Origin: Marsupella aquatica
Lineage: Eukaryota; Plantae; Marchantiophyta
Assembly (NCBI GenBank): GCA_973895155.1
Contig: OZ316892.1
Location: forward strand, 7,795,251 to 7,859,250
Reading direction: 5' to 3'
DNA: 64,000 nt
In this document: one piece after another, positions 37,785 to 50,006 of the stretch
How positions within the stretch are numbered: position 1 is the first letter of the stretch
How the letters are laid out: each line of letters starts with the position of its first letter
Program-made: the position numbers and the translations under genes
The notes under the pieces: model-generated
What the model saw: only the letters and a program-made list of their open reading frames with translations
Told to the model about the DNA's origin: nothing
The model's database searches: none

Positions 37785-38762
37785 TGATCAGTATATATAC
37801 ACATATTACTAAACCATTAACAATGGTTGTGGCAAAGGTTTGTTACAACATATTCATTAAAATGTAACAGTACACATAGATCATTATATACACTCAAAAA
37901 CAGTATTTCCTATTGCATTATTGGGTCCAGTGTGTTGAGCATTTGATGATTTGACGAGTGTGTTAGAGTATTTGGGGATTCCACACAAAGTCAAATTTGC
38001 TGTTGGGCTTTTGAGAAATTCATTCAGTAGAAGTGTACCTGTCTCCTAGCTCCAGGCTGGGATTCTTTCATAGAGATTTGAATGTATCCTACATCGACAG
38101 TACATCGGTGTGTCTCGTTGTCAACCAGCACAATTGCAAGCTCGAAAGACAGTTCGTGACAATCGTCAATTTTCCTCAAAAAGGCTGACAGAGATTGTGG
38201 GAATTCAAGAATTACTGGCTTCGGCTTTGTTCTTCGATCTATGAATGTAACTTCTTTCCGAGGATGAGGTTCATTGACTAGTGTCTTTTCTTCGAAGAGA
38301 CAGGCTGATTCTGTAGTGTATGTGATGAGGATCATCTTGGGACCGTTTGCACGGGCTTACGAACCCTCATTTGCAGAAAAAATCAGGTGCATTTGACTTA
38401 GGTCAGACAATTGATCACAGAATGCTTTTATCGAAGTGAGGACTCTGGCTGGTGTTCCCTGAGTTTCGCTTTTACGGGTTTTGAGTACAATAACTGAATG
38501 ACATTGTAGAAGGGATTAGATACAGTTGCTGCTATGCGGGATTAAAAAAGGAACTGTCACGGAATGGCACCGAAGGAGGATCTGTGAGAAATCGGATCTG
38601 AGAGAAATCCTCCTTAACTATATCTTTGAAATGCTCTCCATCACCATTACAACTCTGATTTTACAAATGTGAGATATGTCCAACACACCCTGTTCACGGA
38701 GGGCACAGTACCAGATAATTTTGTACGATTGAGTTTGCAACTATTCAGTACAAATCGTTTGA

Positions 38763-41583
38763 TTAAGAAGACCCACCAGTAGCACTAATGTCCTCCGACC
38801 CATCAATGGATGCGGAAGTCAATGGTGGCCGCAACAATAGATACAGTGCGGGACCAAAGAAAGGGATGACAGCGATTGATGGCAACCATGATGACGTGTT
38901 GGGCCTGCGGGATACCAAACAATCGCAATCCTTAGCTTCTATGGAGGTCACGCTGCCCCTCTACTCCAAGTACATAGTTGAAATACAACTCCAATAACGT
39001 TACCTGTACAAATTTTCTGTTAGCCAACCTGTAGTTTGCAATCGCCGTCAAACAATTGTTTCCTTATTATAGATGACAGGACCAGTGCTAGAGATTTCTA
39101 ATATCAGCAAGCTTACCTTTGCCGAGCACTGAGGTCATTGTAGACCCAAAATGGAGCCAAGGCTGACAGGGTCAAGAAATCAATTGACATTATATGTATC
39201 TGACATCAAGCCAGAAGTCTTTCAGTGTGAGTTGGTTGAAAATCCGACGGTTCAGAAGACAACGATGCTTTGCAAGGATGCCTGCGAACTAGAGCACACA
39301 AATAATTCCAACAACGATCAAAACAACTTGACCCATAAGTTCGTCTAACTGCTCGCTTGGCCCACTTACAAATCTGCTCTCTTGGAAATATTGAAAAAAT
39401 TCGGCCCACTGGTCTCCACCAGCGGACCCTGCATAACATGCCAAAACAATACCTCCAATGACAACAGCCTGTCCACATCCACCGAAAACCGTTAGTACTT
39501 CAACATTCTCATAATCTTGGGGCCTTGGGTACAAGCCTAACATTGAAGGGCATAGTAGTACTGACTCTGCCAAGAGAATGGGACCCAAATTATGGATTAT
39601 TTTTAATCTCCATTCTCTGGAAAGACTTCCATAACTTGAGTTTTCTTTTTGTTATGTTTGCACACTACAGAGATTGGCCGTCTCCGAGACTCTGAGCACA
39701 TGTATCTTGCTCATGTCTGCTTGTCTACAGGGAATATGGATTTTATTATGGGAATTGTACAAGCGTATCTGCGGTGAAAACAAATCTGAGCAAGAATGAG
39801 ATAAATATAATTTCTATTCAAATGACAATTTTGCCAAGCAATGTTATATTTCAAACTCATGAGCATCATGGACTGCAATATGCTGAGCAAGAGTTGCTGA
39901 AAGAACGTACCAGGGCAGTAATTTTGGACTCCAGGACATTGAGTGGATATCGCCCTCGTTCATCTCTGGACACCTTAGGTGCAGGCGGTCGCCACAAACC
40001 GAAGTAGGGCAACAGAGCAAACGCACCCAAGAAAAATGAAACAACAGCAAATGGCCACACCTTCACACCATCCTTGCTGCTGTCATCAAAGCAACCGATC
40101 CATAAAACTCCATGACAAAACTCTTCCTCTCTTGCCCCAGTTCACGATTGCACACTGCAATTACAAGATTATTTCAACCCGACATTCTCAAGCTCGTGGC
40201 GTCCCGAGAGAGAACATCGTCTTCAGACCAAGAAGAGGCCATAAATACTAGCTATACAAAACTGACCTACACAGTTTGCTCGCAATGGTCTCTTCGCAAC
40301 ATATAACCACGAGGACTCTCCTAGGGGAACCATTCTACATGTGACGGAAACTATCAGAACAGTCGAGAGAGGACAATGATGAAAGAAAAATCAAAACAGC
40401 TTTATAAGACTCACATACGATTCACACATTATGACGATATCTGGGGATCCATTGCTGTTGGTATCAATTCAGTATTGTGCATATCAAAAGATTTCCATGC
40501 TCCAAGACAGGTCTCGTCCAGTAATCATGACATCGCAGCAGAAATCTAAGATCTAAACAATAGGTAACGATCCTGGCGGGGCTCATGGTCCTTTTCTGCT
40601 CAATTTCATGAATCCATTTCCATTTTCTCGAGGAGATTGTTTTGGACTGGCTTGGATCAATATCATCGAGAAAGGCGAAGAAATCATTGAACAAATGAGA
40701 AACTGTTAAGAAGAAGAAGGCACGAAAGAAAAAAATTGCAGAGCAGAGAATTTGAAGAAGAAGGACGAAAACAAGAATTGCTACCTTCGACCATTGGGAA
40801 TTAGAAGGCTGCTGTAGATAACCGGCCATAAGCCCATAAAGTACCATTCTGCAACCAGTAACTTATTCATAACAAAGCCGTCGTCCGGATTAAGGCCCAC
40901 CAGCTTTTTAATGAAGTACGTGTCCGAGTACTGCGAACGAGAAAAAGTTAAGCTTGATTGGTTGCTGTGAAGAACTTGTCAACAAATGCTCGGCAACAAA
41001 TATTGAACGATGCGACCGAGTCTAGCACCAATCAGCGCCCATATGTCACTTATTGCTTCGTTCTTTGGAATTCTGTTCCCGCAGCCGCTTATCTTGAACT
41101 CTATTTATCATTTTTTCGCCTGCAATTATGTATGGCATATTCATTGAATTGAGAGAGTACCTGCGTTTGGTTGGGGGATATGGTAAAAGCGTAGTAAAGG
41201 AGTCCAGCCCAAAACGTGAAAATCAGAGCGCTGGAAATCCAGCCTACAGCATCCCCGCCTCCTCCTCTTCCACCACCCCCTCCGCCTTCCCCATTGCCGT
41301 CACCATTCCCTCCACCGCCCTCGGACCGGACATTCTCCTCTTTAGTTACTTCCTGAGGTATCATCGTCTCCTCCTTCGTGACGACACTACCTCTACATAA
41401 ACCTGGATTCTCATCCCTTACCGTTTCTGTTCTCTTCCTCATCTTGGAGACCAGGTTTGAAGTAAGAGAATTCAGAAAGGCCGGTGAAGAGAGAGCAATA
41501 CGAGGGGCAGAATCTAAATATGAGAAGGGCCGAACGAGAAGCGAAGCAGCGGAAGAGAGGAAAGAGGAAGAGCGACCAAACAT
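38763..41583 (-). CDS. Uncharacterised multi-pass membrane protein with probable plastid transit peptide (resembles cyanobacterial DUF2834-type / At2g04360-like proteins)
   Basis: Exons at about 41583-41162, 40931-40785, 40080-39911, 39468-39370, 39198-39118 and 38905-38763. They encode an S-rich transit peptide, a G-rich linker, FMGLWPVIYSSLL, VWPF...GAFALLPYF, QYFQESRFIHIMSIDF and IPFFGPALYLLLRPPL. The family assignment is from memory. Confidence 0.8.
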
Positions 41584-41858
41584 AGGACCCGCCAAGTGGA
41601 ATTTAGTACTATTCACTGGCTGCAAAACCAGCTGAGAGAATCTCCTCCTATCCTGACTCAGCGTCTGCTCTTCCAATTTACACGATGCAGCTTCTTGTAC
41701 AGTTTTCTTGTAGACAGGGGCGAGAAGCCAACCGAGAACTCCATTACCAACCTCCCTGATCTTCAATTACGTTGCTGCTGCTTAAACCCTCAACCCTGAA
41801 TCTTCAATTCCTCTTCCCAACGAGCTTAGAGAACTATCCCATCCATACATTTCCTTCT

Positions 41859-42030
41859 TCCTGTAAGCTGTCACATACTTCAACTGCAAGACGACTAAAC
41901 TGTTAAACACTCAGAAGATACTGCCTTCCAAGGGCTGCAGACAACTGTAGATGGTTACCACGAAGTATTACATTCCACAGATTGGATACACAGACAGACC
42001 GCCAAGAAATCTGAAGAAACAAGGGTAAAA
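41859..42030 (-). repeat. Copy B of shared segment; probable 5' leader start of the membrane-protein gene
   Basis: Aligns with 29646-29861. A TATA-like CTATTTACAA lies on the - strand ~30 bp upstream (42056-42065). Confidence 0.85.
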
Positions 42031-45000
42031 TACTTGTTGTCACCTGCCACAGATTTGTAAATAGCCGTTTAAACAGGTGACCATTTGCGTTTGTTGTGAG
42101 GTGTCCCCAAGCACTACGGTACATACCTTTGCTTTGTATAAATGCTCACTATTTTGGGAGAGAAAAATCGGTTGGTGTGTTCAAATCTTGCACCAAATGT
42201 TAGCATCAATTTACATGTGAAATAGAATGAATAACATAAAGAAACATATGCCCCCATAGACACCAAGATGCTAGAATATATACACTCAAATCATAGTGTA
42301 ACAAAATGGGTACAAAATTCACAGAGAAGCTTGGAAATAGGCGTTCTGGGATTGCCTTTAATGTTTGGTTTGTGTCTATTCTGAGCAGAAACTCGTTGTC
42401 AAACTTTTCTTTCCGATGTGGCTTTTCTTTCCGCTGGGGCTTTTCCTTCCGTAACGTGCCCGATTCTGTCTCATGACAAACTTAAAGTTGGGCTATAAAC
42501 GAAGAATGACCCCGTCATAGGCCATTCAACGGTAAACCCCACTAACTAGTTAAATGCGTCCTGAGTTAGTACCGGACAACAACAGTCCAAGAGTTTCTCT
42601 GAGAGGGTATAGCCCGGGCCGGAACTTCCTTTTCCCTGCATAAATAAAATATAAAATAACTTTAGTGTGCACCGTATAATATGCCGTAGTCGGACACTGT
42701 CGGATCTTTATGGCCCCCGGTCCCACGGATTTGAATGTGCCATACTTTAGTACGGGCCTACGGCTCTGAGCCTCTTGAGTACGGGAATGTACTTTTACGA
42801 GTCCTTTTAGTACAACCGGGTCACCGGAAACGTTAGAATAGGAGGCATTGTACTCGTCCCGTCACAAACATGGGGAAAAACTGTCCGCGGCTTTCATTTA
42901 TTGCGGCAATTGCTTTCCCCTGCCGGTACTCAATGTGATATAATATGGTAAAGATTTTTGCGATTTTTCTCTTCGTATTTTTTAGTACATTAATTTCACA
43001 TTCAACTCATTTCTTTCACATACAGACTCCCTTCTTTTGAGTAGTGCATTATGTGAAATATAACAAAAATAAAAAAAGTAAAACTCAAATATAATGTTAC
43101 CACATAAAATAACATAATAACTTGTATCAAAGTCATAACATTTGTTTTTAATTTCTTTCATGCTTTTGGCCAATTGCAGGCCCTTGTGCTTGGATTGTCT
43201 ATTTAGAGATTCACATTTTTTTGTGTGTTATCTAAAAATCACTCAAATTTTTACGCACATTAATGTCCTAGTTACTGGCATTATGAAAATAATGCCCTCA
43301 AAACTTGGGTTGCAGCCTTCTTTTTTCAGGGCATTATATCTCATAATGCCCTCTAACCAAGACATTATCCTATTCATAATACACTATTTTCATTTAGTGC
43401 AGCAATTGCTTTCCCTACCCATATTTACACATCAAAACCCATACACATCAAAATGTGATAAGGGATCTATGGTGTGCATTCATTGATTTAAATAAAATTA
43501 TGAAATTATCATGATATAGAAGTATGTCATATATTGTAAATGTCATACCAAGCAAACACTTTCCCTAGCTCCATGAATGATTTTAGAGTACAAACCTACT
43601 TTAATTCCTTTATGGTGTAGCTGGCAGTTTCCCTAAGTCAATCATAAGTTTACACTGCTGAATTGGTTTAGCTTTTAAGTGTACCTGTAGTGTAACTACC
43701 CTAATCCCTTGTGCTGGAGAGTATTGTTGACTCATGGGGGTTCAAAATTCACAGGTGATCTCTGAACTTTTTACACAAACCTCACCCCAAAAGTGGGGAT
43801 TCAGACCAGCTTTTTGTGACTAGTCAAGAAATGTGGATTTCTCAATTTTACAGGCAGTGCCAGTTCAAACATCATTATTAGTGGCATTCCAGGGAAGGTT
43901 TGGCTGAATACATGTTGAGCTTAAACGCTGTCGCCTAAATGAGATGACCACCTGTGATAGGTAGGATGCAAAAAGATGCCAAGTGAGATCTTTAGGCCCA
44001 TCTCAGTCATAAAAAAATGCGTGATGGAATGTGCAAGGAAGCATCCTATCAGAATAACATTTTGGACTTAGAACATGTGGAAAAAGACACGATGGCATAT
44101 TATAATGGATAGATAGATAATCTAATCACTTGCTTCGGTGAATATCCTTGATAGCAAGTGACATGACCTCAAGTGTTGCACTGAGTCAACAAGTTCGCCT
44201 GACCACTCTATTTCATGTGTACTAGCTTTAGGCAGGGGACAGGTTGCATGCAAACAACTGCACAGTGCTACCTTTAGGCCTATCTTATTGTCAAACAAAA
44301 TGACACAAAAATGGAATGGCCTTGTAAATAGACCAGGCTACAAAAAGCAAGATTCCAAATTATAGTGTTTAGATTGGATAGGTTCAGATGCATATGGTTT
44401 CGATTACCCTACTCGAGTTCCGTTTAGCACGAGCTGGGTTTCATTATTCCAGTCCGGGAACATTCACTAAAATCAAGTAAAGGACAAAATTTCCCTGAAA
44501 AGGTGATCCGCCAGAACATTTCCAAAATGGTGTGCCTGTTATGTGTACTTTTTCTAGTCACAGCTTTACCATCCCCTAAAAAACAAAACAACCTCACCAA
44601 GAAACAACCTCAACATTTTAGTTAGACGCTGTCAACCAAATGGTGCAGGCCACCGTTTAATTTGCCAAATTTCATCTCCCAAAAAAACTTTGGACACTTT
44701 TGGCTAAAATTGGATAGTGTTTTTCTGCCTCATAGGCACTATCTCACCTCATTGCAGGCCCCATTAGTAAGAATCTAATGATCATCCTTGAATGGGGAGA
44801 TAGTCAGGGACATAATCACATAAGTAATATTTTGAGCATCTTCTCTTTCACACATTGGACATTCGCCACTATTGACCAAAAAGTAAAACCTTAAAAAAGT
44901 AAAAACCTTAAAAAATAGGCTGGTGCAGGCAGACATGCAGTAGTCATAGGTTGTGTGCGTTGCCTTCTTAGGGCACTTTCAACTCAAACTCCTAATGCAC

Positions 45001-45571
45001 CTCATTGGGCTGAATCAACTAAAGTTGCTGAGAATAAAATAATATACATGAAAGTAGCTGAAATCCCTCCTCAGAATCTATAAGTACACTTTTGGAAGGT
45101 ACACGGAAGTACACTTTGGAAGGTTAAAAGGCATAAGTCTGCTGTCAAGTACACTTTTGGACGGTACCAACAAGGCAATACTTGGGTAAGGCAAGATTGT
45201 CCAATAGAGCCTCCACTAGTCCACTACCAAACCTTTTTGAGCCCTGTTCTTGACCCAACGGATCCACCATGGAAGTTACCCACAACGTCAGTACTACGGT
45301 AGCCTCCTTCTCAATGGGAAGGCACCTCTGGTTACTGGGTTTTTTTAGGCTACATCGAAACCCCCTAGGCTATACATTATTGAAACCATTAGGCTTTTAC
45401 CACAATATGAACCTGCCGTAAACCAAGTGTTACAGGAACTACCAAGTGTTACAGAAACTACAGTAAATTTAATGGGAGCCAATCTCAAACCCAGGTTTTT
45501 ACCACGATATTGCCCAGCTGTAAACCAAGTGTTACAAGAACCCTCATAAAATTTATGGGAGCAGATTACTT

Positions 45572-46499
45572 CTTTTTTTTGCCTTGAAAAAACAATTTGA
45601 AATTCATCCAAAAAGCCAGCATACAAAAGGGGTGGCCCACAAAAGGGGGTCAGCACCCAGGGGGGACCAAAGGTCGAGCTGCCCATGAGACCGGAGAGAC
45701 CGGCACCAGAAGAGAAGCAGGCCCAGCACGAAGGGAGTCAAACCAGAAATTTAACTACTACAGAAGGAGCGGCACACCCCAAAGACTGGCCAGTGAGGAG
45801 TGCCGGCATGGCACCCAACAGTGGGTCCGTGATAAAGTAAAACAATATCAGTCTAGCCTGCAGTCAAGCTTCTACTCCTGACTCCAACACTTAAATCATG
45901 GGGGACGGGGTGGCACTGGCGGTACTTGTAGGGTATCGCCATGGATTTCCCACAATCCATCCCAAGATCCACAGTTGAGGGCCATGTAATTGCTGGCATC
46001 GCCTAAAGAGATTTTACCGGTCTTAATTTTGAATTGCTGTTTGGCCCAGTCTCTTCTGATGTAAATCCCCAAGTGGTGCCAGGATCTTTGGATGACCACT
46101 TGGTCACACGAACGAGTATGCTCAATGAAATGTGAACTCCTATCCTTCCAAAGGATCCAAGCAACAATTGCCCGCAAAGTATGCCAAAGTTTAAGAGGAG
46201 TGTCCCAAACATCCGGGAAGGGGGCACCCAAAAAAATGTGTGCAGCCTGCAAATAGATGGTTGAATTCCTTGTGGAGGATGCACTATGTAGGATGAACTG
46301 TACCCAACGCCAGACGAATGAAGAAATTGGGCAGCTCCAGAGACAATGGATTAGATCTTCCTGTATATTGAGATCACATCGGGTGCACCAGGTTAGTGGG
46401 TTTGTTGTTGGCAGTGTCGGCATCCTCCAATGCTGGGTAGCGGGGATCCGATAAATAAGCTGCCATAAGAGACAGTTTTCTGCCGTTGCACGAAAGGGT
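45572..46499 (-). mobile_element. 5'-truncated LINE (L1-like) with ORF2 C-terminus, 3' UTR, short poly(A) and 12 bp TSD
   Basis: zf-RVT-like CTRC...EDLIHCLWSCP and WILWKDR, stop at 45896, and T-tract at 45573-45580. AGCAGATTACTT occurs at both 45560-45571 and 46500-46511. Confidence 0.9.
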
Positions 46500-46542
46500 A
46501 GCAGATTACTTAATACTCGAGGGATACCCTTAATTAGTGTGT

Positions 46543-46600
46543 GTGACACTAATTGTTAGTGACACTAATTGTTAGTGACACTAATTGTTTCGTGACACTA
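46543..46600 (+). repeat. 16 bp tandem repeat GTGACACTAATTGTTA, ~3.5 copies
   Basis: Directly visible. Confidence 0.9.
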
Positions 46601-48321
46601 AATACTGTAAAGAGTGTAGCTTGACTTTTTGGTGCAAGTATTATTCCGATGGCTTCAACTGTAGTGTTTAGTGCCCAAGTAATTGTGCCAAAGTAATTGA
46701 GACCAGCTTTAGGCCATAACCCTGACTTATGACACTAGTCAAAGCTCCCAGTTTTGAATTTCTAGAGCTGGGTCCCGTAAAGACGATTAAGGGATGGATC
46801 ATGAGGCCACACCTTTGGCCCACGGTCCATTCTTGAGATGCCCTAGTATTGATTGACACAGCTTATTTTAATTCTATGACATGAACCAGTTTCAGTAAAG
46901 GGCAAGCCTGCTGGTTACTGGAAAATTTCTCCTCTCCTAAAATGTGCAGTGGGTTACATTGGGAAATGCCAATAACGAATCCATCAAGAAGTCAATGGCT
47001 ATAGTACCTCTCGAACCCAGTTCAAGTAACCAAAATACCCAGTAAACTGAATGTGAAATATCGAGAACCTTCCTGTTGGCCTGATTTTATCCCACTTGCT
47101 CAACACAACATGGCACCAAGCAAACGCAGTCACTTGTGGAGATGCTCTTAGGGTCCCTCCCAACTTACAGCAGGGTAATTTTTAATGTTTTTTCTTTTCA
47201 ACATGGTGGCAAGTATCACCTAGTGTAAAGGAGAAGATGCTAAAAGTATTCCTTATCCAATTTTCCTAGATTAATCTCTTACCATTAGGTCTCCCTAGAT
47301 TTAAGGATAACCATCAGATTTAGGCTCATGCGGTTTGTGGCTAGGTGGGAAATTGGCTAATCCCGAAAAACAATTCTTGTGAATTTCTGCCAAAAGTGGC
47401 CAAGACTTTTCAATGAGGTGGAATTTGGCAGGTTTTGCCACACAAAAGAATGCTTTGGATACAAGTTGGGGATGGTAACCTAACCAGCCCAACCTTACTT
47501 GCTTACAATGTAAGGGTGTAGCCAAGATCTCCTATAGGGATCATTTTGGTTTCAAGAGGTAGCCAGCCAGTTTGCCTTGTTCCATCAACCTTAGGCTCGA
47601 GAGTGGTTCAAATTAAGGCACTCGTGAAGGGGCCAGTTAAAGTCTTTTATAAATGAAAAACTATCAGAAAAATCCATGTTACCCCTATCCATAGACAATT
47701 GCACATGTGAAACATCCAACAAGCAAATAGTTGACACAAAAGATATTACGTGGTTCACATCTCCAAAGGCGATGTCCACGTAACCACACACAAGAGCTAC
47801 ATTGCAATGTAGGCCCAAGAGTAAATACATAACATTCTTATTCTGTATCGCAACATATTGGATACACTATAGTAATTCACTAGCAATAATACAAACACAA
47901 TGTTTGGTTTATGCCAACAATTAGAATTACCCAAACCAATAATTATAGCATGTGAAGTATGCAAAGGGTCTGAATCTATTAGATTAATCTCTCATTGAAA
48001 GCTCTCCAAGATTCAAAGCAATTCAATGTGATGCTTGCATTTGATCTACCCCTTCACAAGGTTCTTCATGTCCTTTCAGAGGAATCATTTTTAGGATTAT
48101 TTCTAGAATGTACGTGATGCGAGCAAATGAAGTTTAGTTTTAATCTTGTCTGGCAAATATTTATAAAAAATCTTGTACTGAAGGCATTTTAAAATATAAT
48201 TTTGGCCAAAAAATGATTACTTACATTCTTGAAGGTATCAAAAAAATTGTCAAAGTGTGTGTGGTAAAGGGTACAAGGAGTTTTAATCTGTTTTGTTAAT
48301 AAATATGTTTATTCTATTTAA

Positions 48322-49150
48322 CTAGCCCGATGCCCATGCGTTGCACAAAAGATGTTGAGGTGATAAAAATGTCAAGGAGAGAAATGATGTCGAGGTGATA
48401 AAAGACATTGAGGTGATAGAAGATGTCAAGGAGAGAAAAGATGTCAAGGTGATAAAAGATCTTGAGGTGATAGAAGATGCCAAGGAGAGACAAGATGTCG
48501 AGATGATAAAAGATGTCAAGGAGCAAAAAGATGTCAAAGAGAGAAAATATGTCAAGGTGAAAAAGATGTTGAGGTGATAGAAGAAGTCAAGGAGAGAAAA
48601 TGATGTTGAGGAGAGAAAAGATGGCAAGGTGGGAAAATGATGCAAAGATAAGGAAAATCTGTCAAGGAGAGAATAGATGTTGAGGGTCAAGAAAAGATGT
48701 CTTGGTGAGATAAAAAATTCAAAGTGAGAAAAGATGGCGAGATATGAAAAAGATAAGATGTCGAGGTGAGAAAAGATGTGGAGGTGAAGAAAATATGTCA
48801 AGACGGGTGAGAGAAGATCTTGAGGAGAGAAAAGATGTTGAGAAGAGAAATGTCATCGAGGGTGAGAAGAAAATGTCGTGGTGACATGCAAATGTCAATG
48901 TGAAAAAAGATGTCAATGCAAGGTAAAGATGTTTAGGAGAGATAAATATGGAAAGGCGAGACAAACATGTCGGGCAAGAAAAGATGTTAAGGTGAGGCAA
49001 AAATATATAAACTTTGCAATGTAGTTGTTGAGACATTTTATGTGTGATCCCGACCATACCGATGTTCTGGTCATGTTCAATACCAGTGTGTTGCACAAAA
49101 GATGTTGCGTAAAAGATGTCATTGCATAAAAGATGTCCATGTCAAAATGA
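48322..49150 (-). mobile_element. Helitron-like 3' end with long ~18 bp minisatellite (AAGATGTCAAGGAGAGAA / AAGATGTCGAGGTGATAA)
   Basis: The - strand ends TTTTGTGCAACGCATGGGCATCGGGCTAG|T. Dozens of degenerate units lie at 48347-49000, with a second terminus-like motif near 49083-49105. 5' end not located. Confidence 0.65.
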
Positions 49151-50006
49151 TGTTGTTTCAAAAGTAATAAAGAAGGGCGCAAAATAGATGGTGGCAACTG
49201 AGGCAGACGCGGGGGCAGACGCACTTGCACAACGCTAGGTGGACTTAGGTGACATCCCCCATCCTCCTCATGGCCTCTGCACCCCCTTTCTCTTGGGCTC
49301 CCGCTACTGCCTTCCCGCCCTAACAAAACAAAAAGAGCAAGGCCGTGTCCCTTTTTCTCCTCATTTTTCCCTCTTATTGCTAACTTTTTTTTCTTTATTT
49401 CCATCTCCATTTGCTCCACTTCGTCTCAACCCCCCCCCCCCAAAAAAAAAAGCAAGGGTGTTCCTTCTCTCCTCTTTTATTTTATTGCTTGTTTACTTCC
49501 TTTATTTTCATCTCCATTTGCTCCACTTTGTCTCATCCCCTCCACCTATGCACTTGTGGGAGGGTAAGACATTATCCCCTTAGGCCCTCACCTATGGGTG
49601 CATCATTAATTTCCTCTCCCTATTTTGAACTCTATGGGTTGTAGTCATTGTCTCCTCATGATGGTGTCCCAATTGCCCCCATCCCAATGACAACACATGG
49701 CATTCATATAGAATGTATGCCATATCTCCCTCTTAGAGAATCTTTGTGGTATACCAAAATATTGTCTTATCTCCTTTGGATTGAGGGGATGTTTTTTTAA
49801 TAATGAAAGGCCAGGATTAAAAAAAAGAGTTTGGTATGAAGGACTTAGGATCAACCAAATGCATACTTGGGATGAAGATTCACAAGCAGTCAAATCGCGT
49901 TCAATCTCTCAAGGGAGCTTGCATTGGGGAAGCAAGGCCAAGTAGGTGTGGAGGTTGAGTTCCAAGGGCACTTTGCCCCTAAATCATCATTGGGGTGAGA
50001 GGTGGG

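Noticed and set aside
42381-42603. Possible small MITE (CTGAGCAGAAACTC...GAGTTTCTCTGAG)
   Set aside because: The inverted repeat is short and gapped, with no TSD and no second copy in the window.
48314-49419. Repetitive ORFs (LDIFYHLDI..., KDVKERKDV...)
   Set aside because: Translations of the 18 bp minisatellite.
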